DNA of 63,258 nucleotides, the filler included, from Globobulimina sp. (lineage: Eukaryota), in the NCBI GenBank assembly GCA_003354225.1. It is 48 parts of 48 records of this genome, joined end to end, with 100 filler letters (N's around TTAATTAATTAA, not from the genome) between each part and the next. Parts side by side here need not be neighbours in the genome. Positions count along the whole stretch, not along the records: positions 48,850 to 50,068 come from PIVH01020732.1; positions 50,169 to 51,387 come from PIVH01020733.1; positions 51,488 to 52,706 come from PIVH01020734.1; positions 52,807 to 54,025 come from PIVH01020735.1; positions 54,126 to 55,344 come from PIVH01020736.1; positions 55,445 to 56,663 come from PIVH01020737.1; positions 56,764 to 57,982 come from PIVH01020738.1; positions 58,083 to 59,301 come from PIVH01020739.1; 40 more parts are not named here. The stretch is one strand, 5' to 3'. The position numbers and the translations under genes are program-made. Numbering within the stretch: the stretch's first letter is position 1; every line of letters begins with the position of its first letter. Shown in pieces: positions 48,850 to 60,620 of the stretch. The notes under the pieces were generated by a model. The model was not told where the DNA came from. It did not search any database and worked only from the letters and a program-made list of their open reading frames with translations.

Positions 48850-49761
48850 ATTTTGCCGCGGAACAAACAGAAAGAATGAGCTCTTTTATTGTATTGCCAC
48901 ATGTTCCAAAAGATTCCGTCGGCGCGAAGGCTCTTCATTCGCGGCGAAATCGACGAGCAGGCGCTCAAATTCTTGGATATGTTCGGTTATTTGATCCGGC
49001 AATTAAAGGACTATGAGTCTGTGGCGACTTTGGTGAAAACCCTGCAGAGTTTGGGCAAAAGACACAAAGATTGGGGCGTTCGCTTCGAATATTTCCAGCC
49101 GATGCTCAATTCGTTGCATTCTGCGTTGTCGGACCATTTCAAACATACATATACGGTGCGGGTCAAGTTCTGTATGGAGCAAATCTTTACGTCGGCGGCC
49201 AATGTCATGACTGGGCAGGATTTGACGCATTTATTTTCGCAGCGATACGCCGGTGTGTACACCAGCAGCAATTCAGATATATATATAAATTAAATAAAAA
49301 ATGTTTGATTTACTCACAAAGGAATGGGCCATTTGGGCTTTTTAGACTCTTTGGAGCAGTGCTTGGCGGACGCGACGGGGAAGGAATATTTGGAGCGCTT
49401 TTTGGTGCAGTCGTTTTGCGCGGAATTGGTGGAGTTTGAGAGGTATTACAAGCAGTACAAAGGGGCCTTGTCCGATACGGAGAGGTTTTTCTTGGCCGCG
49501 ACCATCGTGAAAATGTTTTTGACTCCAAATGCCAAAAATGAATTAAATATCAAAAACTTGGAAATCAAGCACAAAATCACGAAAAAGATTGACAAGATCC
49601 AAAATAATAAGGGGAGCAAGAAAAACAAACAGGAATATCCCTCGGAGCTCTTTGACCCCATTCATTTTTGGGTCATGCATCAAATTGAAAGCAATTCGTG
49701 GCCCAAATTCCAGCAAACTATATCGAGCATCGCCTCCTCACAAAAAAGAAATTATCAATAA
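48850..49761 (+). CDS. Globin-RGS fusion protein, 5' partial; intron 49253-49321
   Basis: Globin: LYCHMFQKIPSARRLF (CD1 Phe), EQALKF (E7 Gln), LGKRHKDWGV (F8 His). RGS: LEQCLAD..GKEYLERFL..SFCAELVEF, FLTPNAKNELNI, LFD, NSWPKF. A 69-nt GT-AG intron joins them in frame. Confidence 0.8.
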
Positions 49762-50169
49762 AATAAACTAGCTATAGCTATAAATTTATTCTATATATTA
49801 AAATATTTCATTTGTGTCTACGTATTGCGTTTAATTTCGCCAATTGTTTGCTCTCATTTTGCATGTTTGTTTGTTTGTTTTTCAGTCGGTTTGTTTCTTT
49901 AAACCGTTTCGTTCCCAAAATTATATCATTTCATCCTTGCACATTAAATATGCTGTTTTTTTTCTACAAAACTTTTTTTAATGATTTCATTTTTGCTGTC
50001 AAGCATAACTGGAGAGATGTTAGTGAACATTTTAAGGTTTTTCATATAATGTTAAAAACGAAAACTTTNNNNNNNNNNNNNNNNNNNNNNNNNNNNNNNN
50101 NNNNNNNNNNNNTTAATTAATTAANNNNNNNNNNNNNNNNNNNNNNNNNNNNNNNNNNNNNNNNNNNNC

Positions 50170-50802
50170 GGTGGGACGCGTCCGTTCTGCCACGGTTCGA
50201 AAGCCGTGGAGAATTTGCATCACGCTCGCATTCGTTTACGGCACTCAAAGTCTGCCACCGTGGGCACGGACGTGTTTTTGCGCATTGGCCGTACGCATCG
50301 CCAGGTAGAGCCGGTGTGGATATTATATCATGTTTATCATTTACAGCGGCGGCATTTACGTCCATTGTATACTTATCGTCTGAAGCATAGGTATTTATTT
50401 CAAGCGCCGCAGCGTGACTGTCGTTTGACTGCCGTTAAGAAGCAGTGGAAGCAAGTCATTTTGGAGTTGGGTTTCATTGATGGAGAGAGAATGAGATTCC
50501 ATGGCCTGCGAAAGGGCTTTGCGACCACTCTGCAGCAATGTGGTGTGCCCACGAGTTTGATTGCGTACGCTGGGCGGTGGAAATTACTGGCAGCGATTTA
50601 TCGTTATTTGATACATTCTCAGAATGATCTGATTCCGCTGACGTTTGTGTATTTGTATGGGGCGTCGCTGAATCGGGATCGTTTGGATTTTGATCAGTCC
50701 GAATGTGACCTGATCCAGAATCTCGCTCAGACGAAGACTAGTTTATCATCGGAGTTTTTCGATGATTATCAGAAGAGTTTGACCGCCGCCGATTTGGAGT
50801 AG
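50170..50802 (+). mobile_element. Tyrosine recombinase C-terminus (DIRS/Ngaro- or Crypton-type element), 5' partial
   Basis: RLRHSK, FHGLRKGFAT (HxxR), AGRW and YRY (catalytic Tyr). Confidence 0.8.
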
Positions 50803-51678
50803 TTTGTGGTGGTTTGTTTTATGGTGTTTGTAGTATTTTGATTTGCGAGTTGGGCAGTATTGTATTTTTACGGTTTGGATGTATTTCAAGTATCATTTGT
50901 GATACTTTATGTTGTGTAGAGGTATTTAAATAATTTAAATGTTTTTAGGTGAATCAAAAAGATTCCCTGTTTTTTGTCCACATCGAAATCAAAATAAAAC
51001 CGCAACGCCTCCTCTTCTAAAATAAATTTGCATTTTCTACGCAATTTCGCACAATTTCTCTTCACTGCGACTTTATTTTTGATTCTATTCTTTTTGCTCC
51101 GTTGTATCGATCTGAAATTCGTTCGTTTTGATTTCCAAACCCTGCATTTCTTCGCCTTTTGGTTACTTTGGAATAGTTGCTGCGGATTTGACATTTATAA
51201 ACACTGTATTTTCTGTTGTCGGAAGAACCGAAGGCTTCGGCTCAATATCCTCGCACTCTGCGTTTGTCGTATTGAACAAATATTGCCTGAGGATGTTATT
51301 CAGGAAATAGAATCATTCGCTTCCCATGACATCAGTGAGCAAGACATTTAAACGATGTTTTACAAAGAATGAAGACATCAAACTAAGNNNNNNNNNNNNN
51401 NNNNNNNNNNNNNNNNNNNNNNNNNNNNNNNTTAATTAATTAANNNNNNNNNNNNNNNNNNNNNNNNNNNNNNNNNNNNNNNNNNNNATTGGTTCGAAAG
51501 GATTACGTTTCAGTTTTACAGATTTTTAAAAGTACTCTGAACTTGAGTCTTCTAAATATAAATACTGCTGCGGAGCACGCCCTTGCGCACCACCAGTCGT
51601 CTAAATATAAATACTTTCCTAATACTAAATTTTCTGAATCAATGTACGGATTCTAAAACCAAATCATTTCTAACCAAT

Positions 51679-52656
51679 CTACAGGGAAAGTATGTCATAT
51701 TTCCGGACTTCATTATTCATCAATTTCATCACAACATTAATAATTCCTTCCTGCACCATAAAACAACAAATTTCCTCACTTTGATTACTTAAATAATTCA
51801 ATGTCCATAAACAATCTCTCATGCCTTCATTATCCAACTGCAGCTGATTATGAATATTATCTGTTAACAATCTACAAAGTACTGGCATTAACTTTATTTC
51901 TTTTAATTCTTTCACTTTCATTGCATTACGAAATCGCATCATATTACTTATTGCCCAGATCGCATTTTTTTGTAAATCTGAATTTAAATTTGATGATTCA
52001 TCAATTATTTCTACAATATCTTTGGTGACACCTGTATTAAATATACGTTGTACAGCCTCACTGCCATCTGCTGCTATGTTGCCTAAGCCCCATATTGTTT
52101 GTGTTGCAATATCCATATTGTGTCTACCTCGCACACGTAACAAATCAGCAAATGCTTCAATCGCGCCATGGCCCACTACTTTGAGTGAACATTCTTTGTT
52201 TGCTGCAGAAATATTTGTTATGGTCCATGCTGCCTCAAATGCTAATTCATCAAATATATCCGTGTTATAATTATTGTTGTTGTACATAAACTGTATAACT
52301 TTTGGTAGAATGCCACAATCACAGATACGTTTTGCTGGTGGATCTCGATCAGTTGCTAGTAACTTACGGAGCGAACATAAACCGTATAATTGTAATGGTA
52401 TTTTATCGCTTTGCATTATATTCGCTATATACTTTGGTATGTCATGTCTGGTGGGTATGTCGTGTCTAATTGGCTGTGCTTCTGTCCCTTCACCTGCTGA
52501 CGATGAGGGTTTATTCCTGAATAAACGCACTTTCTTTTCTAAACGGGCTTCTCTCTGTTTTCGACGTAATGATAATTGAGCATCGCCGCGTTTTGCTCGA
52601 GCTTTCTCTGTATCTAATCCTTTTTGAAACTCACGAGAATTACTACTGTTAAACAT
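51679..52656 (-). CDS. Importin subunit alpha (IBB plus ARM repeats), C-terminally truncated
   Basis: ARAKRGDAQLSLRRKQREARLEKK (IBB), LRKLL..PP, FEAAWTITNIS, IWGLGNIAADG, WAISN. Confidence 0.92.
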   Translation of the reverse strand: MFNSSNSREFQKGLDTEKARAKRGDAQLSLRRKQREARLEKKVRLFRNKPSSSAGEGTEAQPIRHDIPTRHDIPKYIANIMQSDKIPLQLYGLCSLRKLLATDRDPPAKRICDCGILPKVIQFMYNNNNYNTDIFDELAFEAAWTITNISAANKECSLKVVGHGAIEAFADLLRVRGRHNMDIATQTIWGLGNIAADGSEAVQRIFNTGVTKDIVEIIDESSNLNSDLQKNAIWAISNMMRFRNAMKVKELKEIKLMPVLCRLLTDNIHNQLQLDNEGMRDCLWTLNYLSNQSEEICCFMVQEGIINVVMKLMNNEVRKYDILSL

Positions 52657-52838
52657 AGTTTGTGTCTTTATCAGGTATAATTTTTTTGTAAATTTGGAAC
52701 GGAATTNNNNNNNNNNNNNNNNNNNNNNNNNNNNNNNNNNNNNNNNNNNNTTAATTAATTAANNNNNNNNNNNNNNNNNNNNNNNNNNNNNNNNNNNNNN
52801 NNNNNNATAATATCAATCTGATTATTTTGCATTAATAA

Positions 52839-54025
52839 TTAAATTGGCGTCGTTTTATTTGCGTTTTCGTGCAATAATAATTGCAGACAAAAATGTTTAT
52901 TATTATTGGATATTATTTCAAATAAGAATTTAAATCGTTTAAACCGTAATTGTTTATTTGTTCGACATATGAAATGAAATAGATTTGTGTTATAATATTG
53001 ATTCCCATATTGTTTCTCTATTTGCATTGCATTTGGATATTTTGTAAAATCAACGTAATTTATCCACATTTTATTATCAATGTTCAATGACTTTGTCATT
53101 GCAGTAAACATATCATCGGTTTTAGCAGCAATGCAATTTGCTAACATTCGATACAAAATTCTCTCATCGTTTTTAATTTTATTACTTATACGCTTCAATT
53201 CAAATATATATTGAATTAACTTTGTTTTATTGACATAAATGCCCCATTCAATCGCGCTGTTGTTCTTTGATGGAATTACTTCTTCAAACAATAATTTATA
53301 TAATTCATCATCGCTAAAACGCCCACTCATTAAATCAAATTTTGCTTTCGAAGTCACAAAAAAAAATAAATTCTTGTGATAATATTGTAACCCTCGGATT
53401 TTAAATCGGTTTGCGGACTGTTTATAAATATCTGGCAATTCGTTGGTACGCTTCTTTTCAATCTGAGTGTCTTCATACGATAAACGTAAATTATTCTTAA
53501 TTGTCTCCGATGTGATATTCAATTTATTTCCAATATATTTCCATATATTTTCATTCGAGGATAGAATACTTCGACACAGCAACCTGAAAAATAATCTTTT
53601 ATCATTTTTATATTTTAATAGAATTAAACTCTCAAATTTCTCAAAAAAATACTTCAATAAAACAAGGTTATCTCTTTGGATACACCGTTCGATCACATTT
53701 CTGTTGTTCACATCCGATGTAAATATTATATCCACCATATCTTCCATTTTATTGTATTCACATTCATTAATTACAAAGTCAATAAATTTGATCGTCATAC
53801 GTCCAGAGCCATTCTCAGTGATCATATGAAATATGCTTTTTCCATACAAAAGACATAAACTTAAATCAACATTTTTCAATTTACCGCTTTTAACAAAATT
53901 TATTCCCCAATGCATATATTTTAACAATACATTTTTATCAATGTTTAATTTTGTTTTCCATAATAAAAATATGGACCAATTATCAATGGTATGTAAATTT
54001 TTTAAAACCAGACAAAAAGTACATT
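52839..54025 (-). CDS. Divergent ankyrin-like repeat protein
   Basis: D..NRNVIERCIQRDNLVLLKYF, NNSAIEWGIYVNKTKLIQYI, NANKTTPI. Confidence 0.5.
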
Positions 54026-54125
54026 NNNNNNNNNNNNNNNNNNNNNNNNNNNNNNNNNNNNNNNNNNNNTTAATTAATTAANNNNNNNNNNNNNNNNNNN
54101 NNNNNNNNNNNNNNNNNNNNNNNNN

Positions 54126-55344
54126 AATGTATCCAGGCTGTGTAACAATTTCTAATCCAAATAAAAGACGAGCCCGACGAGGCAGAAAAAATAATAAAAG
54201 TATCAACCGCGATGAGCATAAAAAAGCGATCACACACCAATCAAATCAAAAAGACGGAAATATGAAAGCAAAAGCACACAAACCAACAATCTCAAATAAT
54301 ATAGCATGGGAAGAGCAGACGACGTGTATCAACACTTGGCAATGTGCACAATGTACATTTGTGAATTCAATGACTGATTATTGTTTCGTTTGTAATGCGT
54401 TTTGTGCCAATAAATCTATTACATATACATCTATCCAACAAATACAAAATGAACAAGAATTTGAACAAGTATTAGCCAAACAAAAGCAATTATTTTTCAA
54501 CTCATTCACAGATAATGATTTTTTACTATCTTTAACTTTATCCAAATTACAACAACAACCATCATTAATAATATGTGCATCATATATTTTAAGAGTATGT
54601 CAAAAATTAAATTTATATTTTCCATCTTCATTAATTATTTTATGTCATAAATATTTTCAATATTATCATTATTCACAATATCTATTACATTCTCCCAAAA
54701 CAACCAATCAATATATTTTACACTTCATCAGTCAAAACAAGCAAATTAATATCCCATCAAATCCAAAAATGTCACAAAACATTCCCGTAGCACATAATAG
54801 CATTGTTGTTGCGAGAAATATTTCATTAAAATATCCAGAGTTAATACCTATGATTGACACTAATAACAATTTTGCTAAATCTAATGGCGATATTCAAGCT
54901 ATTTTCGAATGGACATCTTGTTCAGAAATAAAATCAAGTATTACAACATGGATAACATTATTTGATGAAAACGGAATTTATTGTTATGATGGCGGAGAAA
55001 CACTAAAATCCATTGTTTGTGGGAAATATAATAATTACGGAAATGAATATGGACTGCCATTTATGGAAATGAATTACGACTTATCTGCCATTTATGGAAA
55101 TGAATATGGACTATGTGCTCAAATAAGTGAAATGGATGGAAATCATGAAAATATGTATTATCACTTGGTTAGAAATGATGAAATATATTGTTGGGAAAAT
55201 ATTGAAAATGTATACAAACTATCCACGAAACCACTAATGTCACCATTTAATGCAAATATATTCATTTATAGTGAAAAACAAGTTTGTTTCTATACATTTG
55301 AAAATGACGCATGGACTAAATTACAATGTCCAGACAGATTAATT
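54126..55344 (+). CDS. RanBP2-type zinc finger protein with Kelch-like C-terminal region, partial
   Basis: WQCAQCTFVN...CFVC; later YTFENDAWTKL. Confidence 0.6.
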
Positions 55345-55619
55345 NNNNNNNNNNNNNNNNNNNNNNNNNNNNNNNNNNNNNNNNNNNNTTAATTAATTAA
55401 NNNNNNNNNNNNNNNNNNNNNNNNNNNNNNNNNNNNNNNNNNNNTAATTGATGCAATGAGTAAAAGTGATGTGAGATTGAGTGAGATTAAAAAATGGAAG
55501 CATCCGTATTCTTTGTCTTTTGCCAATGGTGGTAAATTACCAAATGGCATTTACTGAATCTGCCTTAACCACAAAAACAGTTTTCTTACATTGAATTTTG
55601 TGACATTTACCATAATATA

Positions 55620-56663
55620 ATGGACGAAAAAGAAACAGGAAAGATCGGTGCTGTAGAACTTGTTTCAGATACAGAATTCTCAGCAGGGGCTACACAAATT
55701 ATTTCAAAACGTTCACCATCAAACCTTAGGACAATATCTGTAGTAAAACTGAAAGACGAGGATCAATTCATATTAACACGTGGTTTAAGATCAATTATGC
55801 GTGATGATGATGGTAAAGTTTAGTTTATGGGTTATTTATACAAATAATTTTGATATACTGTTTCTGTACATGTGTTGATTGTTTAGGTGATTTCTGATAA
55901 AGTGTTTGTTCGTCATTGGCGTCCAGTTTTTTTCTTTCTTTATGTAGTAATTACATCATTTATTGATGCGCGATTTAATACAAATTGGTGGTTTAGTTTA
56001 TTAGTATTATTATCTCATATCACTTTCTTATTAGTTGCGGTTGTGATTCATTTCTGTGGTACAAAATGGTTTGAGGCAGTTCCATCATCATTGATAACAC
56101 ATAATTTTCGAAATTATCATATTTATCATACAGGAAATGCATGGACTCATAAAGAGAATGATAAAGAACGTTATGAAGGTAGTATTTGTTGGATGTTTGG
56201 TGTTGTAAATAATTGGAAAATGTTGGATTGTCGATGGTTATGGATCAACCCAATATTTGGTGCGTATATTGCATTTGGCCAAATGGTAATTAATATAATT
56301 TGGGGAGAACATCCCGCGATGTTGGGCTGTCCAACAATGGCAAATTCTGAAATTGAGAGTGGTGCTTGTTTTATTGCATTTGAATGGGGCATATTTATAA
56401 GTTCAATGGCATTTTGTGGCTTTGCTATCGCAAATCTATTTTTTTGGGATATAACACCATTTACAATAAATAAAATTAAATCTGTACAACATTATAAAAA
56501 AGATGAATTAGATGATGATGATCCATATTTTCAATGTTTACAAACAGCACGAGATTCTAAATCAACATTTGAGAGTACAAACAGCAAAGTTATTGCAGGT
56601 ATTATCATTGTATTATTATCATTTCATTTATTATTTTGGGAATTAGGTTCGAGTAATTACAAC
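55620..56663 (+). CDS. Multi-pass membrane protein, 3' partial; intron 55818-55886
   Basis: GTTTAG...TTTAG intron joins ORFs in frame; several TM helices. Confidence 0.55.
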
Positions 56664-56763
56664 NNNNNNNNNNNNNNNNNNNNNNNNNNNNNNNNNNNNN
56701 NNNNNNNTTAATTAATTAANNNNNNNNNNNNNNNNNNNNNNNNNNNNNNNNNNNNNNNNNNNN

Positions 56764-57710
56764 TGCACTTTTAATCAATGATAGATCGCATGTTTTAGCC
56801 ATAAAAGCTTCTACGAATATGACTGATATTGACAAAATTCGTAAGAAATTAGATGGAAATTGTAATCAGAATGTGTTTATAAAGACAGCTTTGATTGATT
56901 TTTATGGCAGTAATGGTGACATAAAAAGTGCAACGGATATATTTAATGTCGATGCATGTAATGTTGATATTTTGTGTATCAATTCAATGCTGGCAATATA
57001 TGTAAATAATGAATATTATAAACAAGCCTTAGAACTATATGATAGATACGAAAATAATAAAATATTAAATATTAATCAGAATGAGATTGCAAATATATTA
57101 ATGATAAAAGCATGCATTTATAGTTGTGAGCGACAAAAAGGAAAAGAGATTATTGATAAATATATAATGAATATAGATAATAAGATCAGTAATAGTCATT
57201 TATTGAGTACATGCATAGATTTTTATGGGTCATTTGGTGACATAAAGAGTGGAATGAATGTATTTTTGTCACAGGAAAAGGATATTTTCCTTTTAATTTC
57301 AATGATAAAAATATTAAACAAAAACGGTTTGCATAGCAAAGCATTGTCGTTTCATAATAAATATTATGATTCGGGTATGATAAATATGCATCAATTAAAA
57401 ACAAATGGTGCGTATATACTAACGAGTTTATTTGAATCTTTTTTAGAGTTTGGACAACCACAAATTGCGGAATATTTATGGAACCATATTATGATAATTA
57501 TAAATGATATGAATGACTATAATTCTATGCAGATATTTGATTGTCGCAGTTTAGAGTTTTTGCTTTTATGTATTGATAAAACAAATGAATATTATAAATA
57601 TAAACATAAATATCTCCATTTTAACCTTTGTAATGTATGGAATTTAATTGTTCATAAAATCGGAATTAAACCAGATTTACATTGTCTTTGTATTGCAATA
57701 TTTGCATTGG
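56764..57710 (+). CDS. Pentatricopeptide-repeat (PLS-like) protein, partial
   Basis: IKTALIDFYGSNGDIKSATDIF, INSMLAIYVNN..YKQALELY, STCIDFYGSFGDIKSGMNVF, GIKPD. Confidence 0.8.
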
Positions 57711-57763
57711 AAGGTATCGTGTTGCCCTCATATTTCCGTGACCGGACCCTTTGGGGGGGCAAA

Positions 57764-57982
57764 ATGACGACCAAAGTGACTGAAATTGAGCCCGAGATTC
57801 GTACATACCGATCCCTGAGATTGACGGTGGGAATCCTGGGCTTCTCGTTGCCGTTCCTGGTCTTTTTTGTCGCCTTGTTCCTCGATAAGGTGGGGGTTCA
57901 ACCCACGGTCAGTGACTACTACTACACGTCAGCTCGGGGCGTGTTCGCGGGGATCCTGTGTGTCATCGGTTGTTTCATGTGG
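57764..57982 (+). CDS. Bacterial-type membrane protein N-terminus (high GC, chimeric junction near 57710)
   Basis: Abrupt GC rise, G-rich RBS-like tract before ATG, TYRSLRLTVGILG...SDYYYT..RGVF.G.L motif. Confidence 0.6.
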
Positions 57983-58252
57983 NNNNNNNNNNNNNNNNNN
58001 NNNNNNNNNNNNNNNNNNNNNNNNNNTTAATTAATTAANNNNNNNNNNNNNNNNNNNNNNNNNNNNNNNNNNNNNNNNNNNNCTTTACTAGTTTGAGGGA
58101 AGGCACTAGGGCCCGGCACGATCTGACGTGAATCAAATCATGATGTTCTTTTACCGCTGAATTCCCACTCCTTTGAAGTGACGATGATCACATTCAACTT
58201 CTCCATAACAACGCAAACAGGAATAGTGTCATTTTAGCAACAGCCAAAACAC

Positions 58253-58759
58253 ATGTATTTGCAAAGGAATGGGCGTAAAATTGTTAAGCAACAAAGAAAT
58301 AAAGGATCAAGAAACGAATTGATTGTAACATTGATTCAAACTTTTTACGAATTGATAAACAATTTATGTAAAACATATAATTTTGTGACTAACAATGATG
58401 ATTTGTTTATTCCGCATTGTACAATAATGAAATTATCAAAATTGAAAGGATTTGAAATGAAAAAGTTTATGAAATATAATAAAATGAATAAGATTAAATT
58501 AATGAGTGGTTACAATCAATTAGGAGCTAATAAGAAAAATAGACGTTTTCGAGAGCGTAAAGTGTATGATTTTAATATATTATCAGCCACATTGAATAAT
58601 GAAAATGTTGAAAATAGAATAGAAGCAATGCTATCAAATGATGAAGAAATGAAACTTTTTCAAGACATAATACAGATTGATTTTTGTGCAATGTTGGGGT
58701 CACATTTGACAAAGGATGGCTATTATTGTATTATTCATTCTTTACCAGTTATACCATAA
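58253..58759 (+). CDS. AKAP7-like 2H phosphoesterase, C-terminal half
   Basis: FIPHCTIMKLSK (HxT motif) and DFCAM....DGYY. Confidence 0.65.
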   Translation: MYLQRNGRKIVKQQRNKGSRNELIVTLIQTFYELINNLCKTYNFVTNNDDLFIPHCTIMKLSKLKGFEMKKFMKYNKMNKIKLMSGYNQLGANKKNRRFRERKVYDFNILSATLNNENVENRIEAMLSNDEEMKLFQDIIQIDFCAMLGSHLTKDGYYCIIHSLPVIP

Positions 58760-58819
58760 TTATGTTGACTTTAAAAAGCACATTTTCTTTTTTTTTTACT
58801 AGTAGACTATTATCACAAA

Positions 58820-59301
58820 ATGGTAACCATACTCATGGTCGCTGCTGTTTTTTATGTAATTTTATTCAATATTCCAGTAAACGGTGGCGTACTATTCGAC
58901 AATACGTTGGCTTATTTAAACTTAATGTATCAATCGAACGAACCATTGTATATTTACACTCCATGCTGTACCGAAGGATGGCTCAGCACAGAAACAAGAG
59001 CAAGTGGAATAGAAATACGTTTGGATAATAGCTCATCTCACCAATTAGCAATGTTTTACGTGAATAGTATCGATTTGATTGCAGACCCACCAGAAATATC
59101 ATTTTATTGGGACGATGGAGGCATACCCACGTATCCGCGCAGACACGCGGAAGGAAATGGACTCTATCATTCCACCACATTTTCGAGCGATTGTATTTTT
59201 CGGATTTATGAAGCAGCCTCAACCATTTCAATGCTCGGTTCCGACATGAAATCGATAGAGTTGCGTTGCACGAATAGTAATCGTGCTCGAAATATGGATT
59301 C
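58820..59301 (+). CDS. Secreted hypothetical protein, 3' partial
   Basis: Signal-peptide-like N-terminus. Confidence 0.45.
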
Positions 59302-59449
59302 NNNNNNNNNNNNNNNNNNNNNNNNNNNNNNNNNNNNNNNNNNNNTTAATTAATTAANNNNNNNNNNNNNNNNNNNNNNNNNNNNNNNNNNNNNNNNNNN
59401 NATCCCGCTTTCAAACCATTTTGTGCAGTCTTAAACATCTCATACTTTA

Positions 59450-60620
59450 TCACAGTCTCAAAGCAAGTTCTTGAACATCAGAACAATTAAATTCCATTAC
59501 TTTTCCAACTATGAATGAAACTAAAATATCAATGCAAAATACATTCAATGAATTATGGGCCAATAATAATGGATATAATAATTTTGTTAATTCTGTATGC
59601 TTTTTCATCATTTCGTAAACACATAATATACATAAATCGTGTCTTAATACATCAGTGTTATGGCAATGAAACATAAAATCATAACATCGCATAGATGTAC
59701 GACATATATCACATCCAAATCCAGACGATTGTGATCCATCGTCGTTATCAATAATATATTTCATCGTTGTTCGAAGCGTTTTTGTATATAAATAATCACC
59801 ACAATCTTTTAAACAATTTACTTTTAGGTTATAATCATTTTTTTCATCAATTAACATTGTTAATACATTATATGCAAAACAACGACCTCTAGAAATTACT
59901 CCACTTTCACAATAACCCTCATCTTCATTAGATAAATCAGCAATGTTTTGTGAAAATATTATACCGCAATCAACCAATACACAATATATATTATACATAT
60001 TTTGTTGATTCAATATATTCCGACAATCATTCATATCATTATTTAACTTATTTGATTTAAATAATATTTCAAAATCAGCATTATTCCTTTCCGTAACACA
60101 AAAATCAATATAATCATTGGCCAATAATTGCAATAAAACTTTGGTTGGTATATTACGCCAAATATTACCTTTATGATCTTTGATTGTACATAAATCCAAT
60201 AACTCATTGTCTTTATTTGATGAATTTAAACTTGATATTTCCTCAATTGTCCCATAATAAAAATCATCGCGTTTTGGAGGTCTGAATTTAACAAAACTAC
60301 CAACATTAAATTGTGATGAACATAATGAGGATAATACTTTTATTTGTAATATATCACTATATTTCATCCATTTTTTTGATATTAATACATTTATATTCAC
60401 TCTAAATTTTAAACTTAGTCGAACTATCATCAAATAATCATTTAATTCTGACGGTATTCGAACATAAACAAATATTTCATTCGTTTCTTTCCAAATTCTA
60501 CAGGAACGACAATCGAATGATTTTGTAGTTCTCCACGGTCGATTTAACAATTTATTTGATTTATATTCAAATTTAAAATCTAAAATCGGTAAGAATTCAC
60601 GAGAAATATCTTTGAAAAAA
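59450..60620 (-). CDS. Hypothetical protein with ZZ-like Cys/His finger, 5' partial
   Basis: GCDIC...MFHC...HDLCILC. Confidence 0.5.

Noticed and set aside
58137-58160. ATGATG...CTGA as a box C/D snoRNA
   Set aside because: Boxes too close, imperfect C box, no terminal stem.
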